A stretch of 64,000 nt of DNA. Origin: Phycisphaerae bacterium (GTDB taxonomy: Bacteria; Planctomycetota; Phycisphaerae; SM23-33). The stretch spans positions 2,943 through 66,942 of the forward strand of contig WRDM01000008.1 in NCBI GenBank assembly GCA_009783465.1. The letters are read 5' to 3'. A model generated the notes under the pieces. It was not told where the DNA came from. It ran no database searches and saw nothing but the letters and a program-made list of their open reading frames with translations. Position numbers and translations under genes: made by a program. Shown here piece after piece: positions 8,522-16,938 of this stretch (positions within the stretch are counted from its first letter, which is position 1; each line of letters begins with the position of its first letter).

Positions 8522-9949
8522 TTACACGTTCAATTCGCTTTGTTGTCCCAGTTTTCCGGCGTATTTTTCCAGGATCGGCGCGATTTCGCCGGTGAGGAAT
8601 TCGTCTACCTGCTCGGGTGATCGGCCGATGTAGGCGCGGGGTTCCAGCACGGCGTTGAAATCGACGCGGTCGAATGCGTCGTCGTTTTGCAGGCGGTCCA
8701 GCAGGTCGTTGGGGTGGCCCCAGTTGACCTGTTCGGCCGAGGCGAGGCTGTGCACGCGGATGCGTTCGTGCAGTTTCTGCCGGTCGCCGCCGGCCCGGAC
8801 GGCCGCCATCAGGATGTTTTCCGTGGCCATGTACGGCAGCTCCGCGACGAAGTTCTGCGCGATGATATTCGGGTGCACCACGAGTCCCTGCGCCACGTTG
8901 AGCACGATGCGCAGGCAGGCGTCGGCGGTGAGGAAGGCCTCGGGAATCGCCAGCCGCTTGTTCGCCGAATCGTCGAGTGTGCGTTCGAACCACTGCTCGG
9001 CGGCCGTCTGGAGCGGCTGCGCGCTGATGCCGATCAGCCATCGCGCCAGCCCCGTCGCCCGCTCGCATCGCATGGGGTTGCGTTTGTACGCCATCGCGGA
9101 CGAGCCGACCTGGCTGGAGCCGAACGGTTCCTCGATTTCCCGGCAGTGGGACAGCAGGCGGATGTCATTGCAGAATTTGTGGACGCTGGCGCCGATGCCG
9201 CCCAGGGCGGCCGCGATGGCGGCGTCGATTTTCCGGCTGTAGGTTTGGCCCGTCACGGGGCAGACGCGCGCGAAACCGAATCGCTGCGCCACCGTGCGAT
9301 CGAGCCGCTTGACCTTCTCGTGGTCGCCGTCGAACAGGGCGAGGAAACTCGCCTGCGTGCCCGTGGTGCCCTTGACGCCGCGGAATTCGAGCGTCTCGAG
9401 GCGGTGTTCGAGTTCGCGCAGGTCCATGAGGAAATCCTGACACCAGAGGGTCGCGCGTTTACCGACGGTCGTGAGCTGGGCGGGCTGAAAGTGCGTGAAG
9501 GCCAGGCAGACCGTGTCGCGCTGCTTCCGCGCGAAGTCCGCCAGCGTGGCCGCGATGTTCGCGAGTTGGCCGATCAGGAGGCGCATGCCTTCGCGCATCA
9601 CGATGAGATCGGTGTTGTCGTTGACGTACTGGCTGGTGGCGCCGAGATGGATGATCGGTCTGGCGGCGGGGGCGGCGTCGCCGAACGTGTGAATATGCGC
9701 CATCACGTCGTGGCGGAGCCTGCGTTCGTGATGGCTGGCCGCGGCGAAGTTGATGTTGTCGAGATTCGCCTCCATCTGCGCGATCTGTTCGTCGGTGATG
9801 TCCAGGCCCAGTTCCTTCTGGCACCGGGCCAACTCCAGCCACAGCCGCCGCCACGTGGAGAATTTTTTCTGGTCGCCGAAGAGCGTCCGCATCTCCTTGC
9901 CGGCGTAGCGAGTTTCGAGCGGGCTGGTGTACGTGTTGCGATCTGGCAT
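8522..9949 (-). CDS. purB: adenylosuccinate lyase
   Basis: 475-aa ORF. 'SPLETRYAGKEMRTLF' and 'SSAMAYKRNPMRCE' (fumarate-lyase signature) are typical of PurB. Confidence 0.9.
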   Translation of the reverse strand: MPDRNTYTSPLETRYAGKEMRTLFGDQKKFSTWRRLWLELARCQKELGLDITDEQIAQMEANLDNINFAAASHHERRLRHDVMAHIHTFGDAAPAARPIIHLGATSQYVNDNTDLIVMREGMRLLIGQLANIAATLADFARKQRDTVCLAFTHFQPAQLTTVGKRATLWCQDFLMDLRELEHRLETLEFRGVKGTTGTQASFLALFDGDHEKVKRLDRTVAQRFGFARVCPVTGQTYSRKIDAAIAAALGGIGASVHKFCNDIRLLSHCREIEEPFGSSQVGSSAMAYKRNPMRCERATGLARWLIGISAQPLQTAAEQWFERTLDDSANKRLAIPEAFLTADACLRIVLNVAQGLVVHPNIIAQNFVAELPYMATENILMAAVRAGGDRQKLHERIRVHSLASAEQVNWGHPNDLLDRLQNDDAFDRVDFNAVLEPRAYIGRSPEQVDEFLTGEIAPILEKYAGKLGQQSELNV

Positions 9950-10230
9950 GGTGTTGTCCTGATTGTCCTGGGTTTCGGTTGACGTTTGCGCGCACGAACG
10001 ATCGCGCCGCCGCCGTTGCGGTTTGCGTAAGTATTCCCTGATTCGGCGGCTACGTCAACCCTCACCAAAACTCTGCGCGCGCGGATTCGTCCGCGGCTTG
10101 TGGCGTGAAAAATTTTTCAAAGATTTTTACCGCCTGTAATCGCCGCGAGTTATGTGTTCGAACAGGCCGATGCCGGCCATGCCTGTGCGCAGTCTCCCCA
10201 CCGCGAAACCCCAGGGTGAGGAGACGACAC

Positions 10231-11874
10231 ATGACCTTCGAGATTGAAAGTTTCCAGGACGACACACTTGACGCGGAGTACATCGACCACCTGATCGACC
10301 GTGTGCTGCCCGAACAGATTCAGCAGACCGGGCGGCTGTGGGAGTACTTCCGCAACCCGATGGTGCCGCTTTCGGGGGCCGTTTCGATGGTGGCCAACGC
10401 GGCCACCAGGCCGTACATGCAGGCCCAGGAGCAGGGCTTGCCCGCCCGCATCACGGGCATCGCCGGCGCCAGCCGCGTGGGCGGCGACCGGAACCGCAAA
10501 GAAGTTGTCGTCGAGAACGACATCGCCTGGCGCGTCCACACGATGGTCGATTTTCTCTTCGGCCAGGAACCCACGATCCGCTCGACGGCCAGCGATCCCG
10601 AATTGGCCGGCGCGATCGAAGCCGTCATCGAGGCCATGCTCCAGGCCAACGGCGGCATGGGATTTTTGCAGGAAATGGCCCTGATGGGCAGCGTGTACGG
10701 CCACGTGGACGTGGCCGTCCGCGTGCCGGATGGATTGGTCCTACCCACCCCGGCCCAGGGATCGTGGGCGCCACGCACTTCTCCACGCCAAACGCGCCGA
10801 GTCAATCCCACCGCCGCCGACGAACCTTCCACCGTCGCGGCGGACGGGCCGGGCACTTCTACTACCTCCGACGCCGCGGGCGTCGATCGAGCGGATGCGG
10901 CAGGATCGGCCGGAGATCGGTCTAGCACGTTCGCACGGGCCGTCGAACTGGCCCGATTGATTACGCTGGAGGCCGTCGAGGCTCCGCGAATCCTGCCCAT
11001 CCTCGATGAGGACGACTACCGCACCATTCGCTACTGGGTGCAGGCCTATCACAAACGCCCGGCGCGGATGAACGTCCGCCGCCGGGGCCTGCTGGGACTG
11101 CGACGCGAAGCCAGTCCCGCCGAGGTCGAAGTCGTCGAAATCATCTCGCCGCATTGGTGGCAGCGGTACGAGGACCGCGTGCTGCTGGCCCAGGGCCCCA
11201 ATCGACTTGGCGTGCTGCCGGTGGTGCATGTGCAGAATCTTTCGGTGCCCAACAGCTACGAGGGGCTTTCGGACGTCGAGCCGCTGATTCCGCTCCAGGA
11301 CGAGTTGAACACGCGGTTGTCGGACCGTGCCAACCGCGTGACGTTCCAGTCGTTCAAGATGTACCTGGGCAAAGGTATCGAGGATTTCCTGGAGCGGCCT
11401 GTCGGGCCGGGACAGATGTGGGCGACGCACAACTTGTCCGCCAGCGTCGAGGAGTTCGGCGACGATCACGGCAGTCCCAGCGAGGATGCGCACATCGCAC
11501 AGGTTCGTTCGGCGATGGATAAGGTTTCGGGTGTGACGCCGGTTGCGGCGGGGCTGATCAACGGCAACGTGGGAAATCTCACGAGCGGCACGGCGTTGAA
11601 GATCGTGCTTGGCGGGCTGCTGACGCGGACGAACCGCAAGCGGCTGACGTACGGCGCGGGGTTGGCGGGCATGGTGGAGTTGGCGTTGCGGTATCTCGAT
11701 TACGCCGGCGTGCTGCCGACGCGCAAGGAGGACCGCAACGTGGAGATTCACTGGCCCAATCCGCTGCCCAACGACGAAAGCGAAGCCCTCCGCAACGCAC
11801 AGATCAAGGCCCAGCTCGGCCTGCCGCCCGACCGCGTCCTGGCCGAATTGGGCTATACGCGGGATAACCGGTAA
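10231..11874 (+). CDS. phage portal protein (SPP1 gp6-like)
   Basis: SD GAGGAG upstream of the ATG at 10231. 'GLSDVEPLIPLQDELNTRLSDRANRV' is a portal-family core. Low-complexity insert at about 10725-10960. Confidence 0.8.
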   Translation: MTFEIESFQDDTLDAEYIDHLIDRVLPEQIQQTGRLWEYFRNPMVPLSGAVSMVANAATRPYMQAQEQGLPARITGIAGASRVGGDRNRKEVVVENDIAWRVHTMVDFLFGQEPTIRSTASDPELAGAIEAVIEAMLQANGGMGFLQEMALMGSVYGHVDVAVRVPDGLVLPTPAQGSWAPRTSPRQTRRVNPTAADEPSTVAADGPGTSTTSDAAGVDRADAAGSAGDRSSTFARAVELARLITLEAVEAPRILPILDEDDYRTIRYWVQAYHKRPARMNVRRRGLLGLRREASPAEVEVVEIISPHWWQRYEDRVLLAQGPNRLGVLPVVHVQNLSVPNSYEGLSDVEPLIPLQDELNTRLSDRANRVTFQSFKMYLGKGIEDFLERPVGPGQMWATHNLSASVEEFGDDHGSPSEDAHIAQVRSAMDKVSGVTPVAAGLINGNVGNLTSGTALKIVLGGLLTRTNRKRLTYGAGLAGMVELALRYLDYAGVLPTRKEDRNVEIHWPNPLPNDESEALRNAQIKAQLGLPPDRVLAELGYTRDNR

Positions 11875-11972
11875 GAGGCTGTAGGCTGAAGGCTGTAGGC
11901 GCAGCACAGGCTTATGCGAGTTTAGACCCAACGAGACATAAGCCTCTCCCTACAGCCTACAGCCCACAGCCT
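11875..11972. repeat. HS-C hairpin element (CTGTAGG heptad arms)
   Basis: GAGGCTGTAGGCTGAAGGCTGTAGGC...GGCTTATG-loop-CATAAGCC...CCTACAGCCTACAGCCCACAGCC. Starts 1 nt after the portal stop codon. Confidence 0.85.
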
Positions 11973-12167
11973 GAAACGGCTCACGTCGCGAAGAACCACA
12001 CGAAGACGACACGCTATGGATGCACCCATCTATGAGGCATTCGGGATTCGGCAACGGCGGCGAGCGCCGCGCGAGGGGGATCGGCACGAACCTCCTGCCG
12101 ACCCGAATGCCTGAACGGAACACAGGCCATGGGCCCGGCGCCCATGACACAACGAAAGGAACTCATC

Positions 12168-12713
12168 ATGGCAGAACCCGTGGAAACTCAGCCGTCCTCT
12201 GACGCGTCCGACAAACTCGTCCCGGTGGGCGAGTCGATCAAGTATCGGCGTCGCGCGCAGCAGGCCGAGGGGCGGCTGACCCAGTTGGAGCAGCAGCTCA
12301 CGCAATTGCAGGGGCAATTGCAGACCCGGTCCGATGAGTTGGCGACGGCCGAGGCGCAGCGCGACGAAGCCCGCCAGCACATGACGCAGATGAACAACCA
12401 GTTCTCCGTCGACCGCCTGCTGATCCAGGCCGGCGTCGTGGATATGGAGGCCGCGAGACTGCTGCTGCAAAATCGCGTGGACCTCGGCGAGGAACTGGAG
12501 TCCACCGACATCGAACAGGCGGTGCAGCAACTGTTGGTGGACAAGCCGTTCCTCCGCGTCGGCAGCGCGTTTCCCCCCAAGAGCGCCAGCGCCAGCCGGG
12601 GCGGCGCGTCGCTGACGGCCCGGATCGCCAACGCCGCCGACCGCGCCGTCGAAAGCGGCGATCGACGCGACGTGGCCGAGTACCTCCGCCTGCGACGTCA
12701 GGCGAATCGTTAG
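12168..12713 (+). CDS. phage scaffolding protein (GP20-like coiled coil)
   Basis: SD AAAGGA upstream of the ATG at 12168. Coiled-coil 'LTQLEQQLTQLQGQLQ'. Sits between portal and capsid genes. C-terminal 'VQQLLVDKPFL'. Confidence 0.65.
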   Translation: MAEPVETQPSSDASDKLVPVGESIKYRRRAQQAEGRLTQLEQQLTQLQGQLQTRSDELATAEAQRDEARQHMTQMNNQFSVDRLLIQAGVVDMEAARLLLQNRVDLGEELESTDIEQAVQQLLVDKPFLRVGSAFPPKSASASRGGASLTARIANAADRAVESGDRRDVAEYLRLRRQANR

Positions 12714-12776
12714 CCCGTCCCCGCGGCCGGCACAGTGCCGACCGCACAAACCCACTGAACATCAAGGAGAAACATT

Positions 12777-13934
12777 ATGCCGTTTACTGGCAAGGCAACC
12801 TATTCCGCCGGCAGCACGCTGCCGGAAATCGCCGATGACGTGTCGGACATCGTCAGCATCGTCAGTCCGTACGAAACCCCGCTGCTGGATCACCTGGGCG
12901 ACCCGGCCCGCGCGGCGTCGAGCACGTATCACGAGTGGCTTGAGGACAGCCTGATTCCCAACATGGACGTGATCAACGACACGGTCATGACGGACCCGGC
13001 CAACAAGACCACGATCACGATGACCAACGGTTCGCGGTTCCGCGTCGGCGACCAGATTCGTCCGCACGGCAGTCTCGAGATTCTGTACGTGACCAACGTG
13101 ACGAACAATGTGATCACCGTCACGCGCGGCTACGGCGCAACGCCCAAGACCGCCATCGCCAACGGGCAGACACTGCACATCATCGGCAACGCCGCCCTGG
13201 AAGGCGACGACGCGCCGCTGACCCGATTCACCAGTCGCGTGCGAAAAGGCAACTGGACGCAGATTTTTGTCTCCACCGTCCGCGTCAGCGGCAGCGACCT
13301 GGCCGTCCGCAAACTGGCCGTCAGCGACGAATTGGATTACCAGAAGCAGGAACGTCTGCGCGAGATGCTCCGCGACCTGGAGAGCACCGTGCTTTGTGGC
13401 CGTTCGCCGCTGATGTCGCCCGAGGGCAGTTCCACCGTCCGCCGAACGATGATGGGCATCCTGCCGTCGATCACCACCAACGTGTTCAAGCCCAGCGTCG
13501 GCGGCTTCCCCAACGACACGGCCCTGACCGAGGCCCAACTGAATCTCGCGATGCGGCGGATCTGGGAAGGTTCCAGCGCCCGCGTGGACACGATCGTCGT
13601 TGGCGGCTTCCAGAAGCGGCGGATCAACGGCTTCATCGCGTCGGGGGCGAGGAATATCAACGGCCGCGAGACGACCTACCGTGATCTGGTGAGCGTGTAC
13701 GAGAGCGATTTCGGCGTGTGCCGGATCATTCTCAGCCGCTCGCTGCCGGCTGACAGCGTGCTGCTGCTGGACTCCAGCCGCGTGAGCGTGATGCCGCTGA
13801 ACGGACGACACTTCCACTACAAACCGCTGGCCACCACTGGCGATTACGAAGCCGGCGAAGTCATCGGCGAGTACACGGTCGAACTGCGTAACGAAATCGC
13901 CCACGGCATCATCACGGGCCTGGATGCGAGCTAA
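12777..13934 (+). CDS. phage major capsid protein (DUF5309/SU10-like)
   Basis: SD AAGGAG. 'VSIVSPYETPLLDHLG...YHEWLEDSL' and 'NWTQIF...VSGS' match the DUF5309 capsid pattern as I recall it. Confidence 0.7.
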   Translation: MPFTGKATYSAGSTLPEIADDVSDIVSIVSPYETPLLDHLGDPARAASSTYHEWLEDSLIPNMDVINDTVMTDPANKTTITMTNGSRFRVGDQIRPHGSLEILYVTNVTNNVITVTRGYGATPKTAIANGQTLHIIGNAALEGDDAPLTRFTSRVRKGNWTQIFVSTVRVSGSDLAVRKLAVSDELDYQKQERLREMLRDLESTVLCGRSPLMSPEGSSTVRRTMMGILPSITTNVFKPSVGGFPNDTALTEAQLNLAMRRIWEGSSARVDTIVVGGFQKRRINGFIASGARNINGRETTYRDLVSVYESDFGVCRIILSRSLPADSVLLLDSSRVSVMPLNGRHFHYKPLATTGDYEAGEVIGEYTVELRNEIAHGIITGLDAS

Positions 13935-13937
13935 CGG

Positions 13938-14094
13938 CAGCCAATAGCCAGTAGCCAATAGCCAATAGGTACGGAACGATATTGGCGAAAGGCAATGAAT
14001 GTGGGAGTTGGCATAAATCTCAAACAGATCACGATCGTGTGATTTTCGACAGGTTTCACCATACCTATTGGCTACTGGCTGCTGGCTACTGGCT
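13938..14094. repeat. HS-A hairpin element, copy 3
   Basis: Arms 13938-13969 and 14061-14094. Loop blocks are the same as in copy 1. Confidence 0.85.
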
Positions 14095-14111
14095 TTTTCA
14101 GGAGAATTCCC

Positions 14112-14762
14112 ATGACCCCACAATGTACCGACCGTGATTTGCTGGCCTTGGAAACGATTCTGTTTCTCGGCGCCGGCGGGACGCAGCAGTTGACTGGCGG
14201 AGCGAACGGGCAGTTGAGCGGCACGACGTTCACCGCCGCCGGCGCCGATTTTCCGGAGGCCGGCATTCAGCCCGGCATGGTGCTGACCACGTACGACCCC
14301 GCCCGCGGGCCGGCGGAAGGGCGGGCCTGCGAAATCGTCGCCGTGCGGGCGGCGACGCAACTGGACGTCTCCGTCCTCCGCGCCGCCGCGGACGCCCCGT
14401 CCGTCGCGCCGTATCCAGGGGGAACCCACTTTCTCATCCGCACCTATCAGCCGCAAATCCAGGCCGTCCATGACGCACTGATGGAGCGGCTGATGCGGGC
14501 GCGTGCGGCCGACCGGGCCAATGTTGGTTCGTTTCTGCCTTCGCCGCAACTGCGGCAGGCCCTGGCGTGCGGGACGCTGGCGGCCGTGTTTGTCAGCCGG
14601 GCGCAGGATGGCACCGCCGCCGACGCCAACTGGCTCAAGGCCGAGCACTACCGCCGCGAGTTCGAGCGGCTCTCGTCCTCGCTGCAACTGACGCCCGAAT
14701 CCTCCGACGGCCTGGGCGGTGGCGTAGTTGCGATGGGCAACGTGACATTGAGGAGGGTGTGA
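14112..14762 (+). CDS. phage structural protein, head-tail connector candidate
   Basis: SD CAGGAGAA. Position immediately after the capsid gene. No recognisable motif. Confidence 0.5.
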   Translation: MTPQCTDRDLLALETILFLGAGGTQQLTGGANGQLSGTTFTAAGADFPEAGIQPGMVLTTYDPARGPAEGRACEIVAVRAATQLDVSVLRAAADAPSVAPYPGGTHFLIRTYQPQIQAVHDALMERLMRARAADRANVGSFLPSPQLRQALACGTLAAVFVSRAQDGTAADANWLKAEHYRREFERLSSSLQLTPESSDGLGGGVVAMGNVTLRRV

Positions 14763-14764
14763 TC

Positions 14765-15883
14765 ATGACCGACAACCCTCTTCCGAACGGATTCAAACGC
14801 CTGGAGCACATGCTGTTCCTTCGCACGCCAGCCCTGTTTGTGACGGACTGGCTGCTGGCGGAGACGGACGGCGTCTGGGTGGATTATCAGCCGCGAAACG
14901 ACATGCCCAGCGTCACCTACGGAAACTATTTCGGCGTGGCGTTTGGCTCGTCCTCCACGGTGTCGATGGGTGCCGCGTCCTATTCCGTCGGGAGAAACTG
15001 GCCCGTCACGACGCAGAACGGGCATATCTATTGGGGCGGGCGATACCGCAGCATCACGGGCATCGGCGACGTGGACAATCAGAGGCACACCCATTCGGTG
15101 AACTGGCTCAACGACCGGACGACGCGATGGGATGGGTCGATCCGCGATACGCTGCCCTCCACGTCGGGCAGTTTTTACACCGAGCCGCTCTGCATCGGCG
15201 GATCGAGCCAGATGGGCGCGCCTAACAGTTACTTCATGTTCGCCGGCGAGATCTACCGGCTGAAGGTCAGCCGCGACGACCAGGTCGTCCGCGACTACGT
15301 TCCCTCCCTCGACGCCTCCGGCGTGCTGGTGTGGTGCTGCCTGCTGACAGGCCACGTAGCCCGGCGACTGGAACACACGACATCGACTTGGCCGGAAGCG
15401 GGGCCCGTCGTGCCCGACGATCCCGTCGAGCCTCCGCCACCGTCACCGATTGCGCCGCACTCCACGGCCACAAAGATTCTGAATCATATCGTCGCGACGC
15501 TGCGGGACACGGGTGCGTTTGCCGAGGTGTCGCTGGCCGCCACCGACGCGGCGCGGATGACCTTACCACGGGCCGACGTGACGTTCGACGGCCTGGAACG
15601 GCTGGCCTTGGACGACGCGCCCGTTGCGGCCTGGCGACTGGCGGCCGTCGTGCGAATCCGCGTCCGCAACGAGCACAACGACGACGCGCTGCGGCGGGCG
15701 CTGGACCTGGCCGACAAGGCCGTTACGACCCTGCGGAACAGCCGGTTCCGTGGCGGACTTTGCCAGGACATCCCTCGCGGCCTGGCGACCGTGGTAACGG
15801 AAACCAAGCCGGCGTCGCCGCATCGGCCGGACGCGGAAGTCCGGCTGTTGGTCCACTGTCATTATCTGGAGGCATCGACATGA
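14765..15883 (+). CDS. phage tail/fibre-like fusion protein
   Basis: The N-terminal domain resembles the fibre-associated 'LEYIESTGTQYIDTG ... VRDFVP' jelly-roll ('FKRLEHMLF...IYRLKVSRDDQVVRDYVPS'). A Pro-rich linker follows, then a C-terminal tail-completion-like domain. Confidence 0.55.
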   Translation: MTDNPLPNGFKRLEHMLFLRTPALFVTDWLLAETDGVWVDYQPRNDMPSVTYGNYFGVAFGSSSTVSMGAASYSVGRNWPVTTQNGHIYWGGRYRSITGIGDVDNQRHTHSVNWLNDRTTRWDGSIRDTLPSTSGSFYTEPLCIGGSSQMGAPNSYFMFAGEIYRLKVSRDDQVVRDYVPSLDASGVLVWCCLLTGHVARRLEHTTSTWPEAGPVVPDDPVEPPPPSPIAPHSTATKILNHIVATLRDTGAFAEVSLAATDAARMTLPRADVTFDGLERLALDDAPVAAWRLAAVVRIRVRNEHNDDALRRALDLADKAVTTLRNSRFRGGLCQDIPRGLATVVTETKPASPHRPDAEVRLLVHCHYLEAST

Positions 15884-16284
15884 TGCGATTTGCGACGATC
15901 GTTTCCGCCCGCTTCGGCGAGGTGGAGTTGCCGCTGCCGATGTCGGCGCGGATTGGCCGGCGAAGCCAGGTGCTGCCGGCCGCCGGAGATGCCGACCGGT
16001 TTGTCCGCAGCGTGCAACTGGCCCCGGCGATGCTGACGGGCGAAGTGACGCTTCGCGGTATCGCCGCCGCGGAGGAGCTGGCGCTCGGGCAGTCGGGCGA
16101 ACTCTCGCTCACGCTGGGCGCGACGCAGGCGGGTCAGCCGCCACGAGTGGTCCGCCTGAGCGGGGCCGTCCTGCACGACATCGAACTGACGTACACGCAA
16201 CAGGGCATGGCGCAGGCGACACTGAAATTCGCCGCCCAGGCCGACGACGACTGCGAACCCTTTGTCGCCAACGACGACGAATAG
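15880..16284 (+). CDS. phage structural protein (small)
   Basis: ATGA start/stop overlap with the upstream gene indicates translational coupling. 134 aa. Confidence 0.5.
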   Translation: MMRFATIVSARFGEVELPLPMSARIGRRSQVLPAAGDADRFVRSVQLAPAMLTGEVTLRGIAAAEELALGQSGELSLTLGATQAGQPPRVVRLSGAVLHDIELTYTQQGMAQATLKFAAQADDDCEPFVANDDE

Positions 16285-16286
16285 CA

Positions 16287-16390
16287 GACTGTAGGCTGTA
16301 GGCTGAAGGCTGTAGGCTGTAGGCGCGGGCTTATGAAACATTAGGCCTAATCCTTCATAAGCCTGCCCCCACAGCCCACAGCCCACAGCC
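16287..16390. repeat. HS-C hairpin element
   Basis: 5 CTGTAGG-type units, core GGCGCGGGCTTATG...CATAAGCCTGCC, then CACAGCC x3. Confidence 0.85.
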
Positions 16391-16409
16391 TTACAACCAC
16401 GAGGAACGT

Positions 16410-16775
16410 ATGACGACGATTGATACCGACAACCTGTTTTCCTCCGGGCCTTGCCGTGTCAGGCCGACGTCGTGGCACCGCCAACTGGAACGCCGCGCCT
16501 TTGCCGGCCTGCACGGCGAACTGGTGCTGGACCTCGGCGCCCGAAGCCGCACGATCGTGCAGCAGGGCCGGCTACAGGCCGCCACCGCTGCCGGCCTGCA
16601 CGCGATCATCGAGAGCATCGAAGCCTACGCCGACGGCGCCTTCCACACACTGGTCGACAACCACGGCCATCCGTATGAACGCGTGCTGCTGGAATCATTC
16701 GAGCCCACAACGCCCGTCGCCCACGGCAACGCATTCTGGTGCGAGTACACCCTCACCTGGCGGCAGATGCCATAA
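16410..16775 (+). CDS. phage structural protein (small)
   Basis: SD GAGGAA upstream of the ATG at 16410. 121 aa. Bounded by hairpin repeats on both sides. Confidence 0.5.
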   Translation: MTTIDTDNLFSSGPCRVRPTSWHRQLERRAFAGLHGELVLDLGARSRTIVQQGRLQAATAAGLHAIIESIEAYADGAFHTLVDNHGHPYERVLLESFEPTTPVAHGNAFWCEYTLTWRQMP

Positions 16776-16780
16776 CTCAG

Positions 16781-16921
16781 GCGTCTGACGTGGCGAGGGC
16801 GTTTCGCCCTCGCGTCTCGCGGGCATCTTGCCCGCACCGGATAACGAAGTCGATTCGACGTTTTCCACTGACTAGGCCAATGGAGCACACAACGCGGGCG
16901 AGACGCCCGCGTCACGTGACG
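16781..16921. repeat. GC-rich palindromic element (GC-pal, CACGTGACGCGGGCG subtype), intergenic
   Basis: Three small hairpins: GGCGAGGGCG-TTT-CGCCCTCGC, GCGGGCA-TCT-TGCCCGC and GCGGGCG-AGA-CGCCCGC. Terminus CGTCACGTGAC. Confidence 0.75.
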
Positions 16922-16938
16922 GCCACAAGGAGTCACAG

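Noticed and set aside
8687-9982. 431-aa ORF on the + strand
   Set aside because: It is antisense to purB and has shadow-ORF composition (R/G/A/E/V runs).
9950-10230. Divergent purB/portal intergenic region: 9-bp inverted repeat GGTTGACGT...ACGTCAACC and weak -35/-10-like hexamers
   Set aside because: The matches are too weak or ambiguous to call promoters or operators from sequence alone.
12762-14687. 641-aa ORF on the - strand
   Set aside because: It is antisense to the capsid and connector genes and runs straight through a hairpin repeat (13938-14094). There is no SD and the composition is Arg/Gly-rich.
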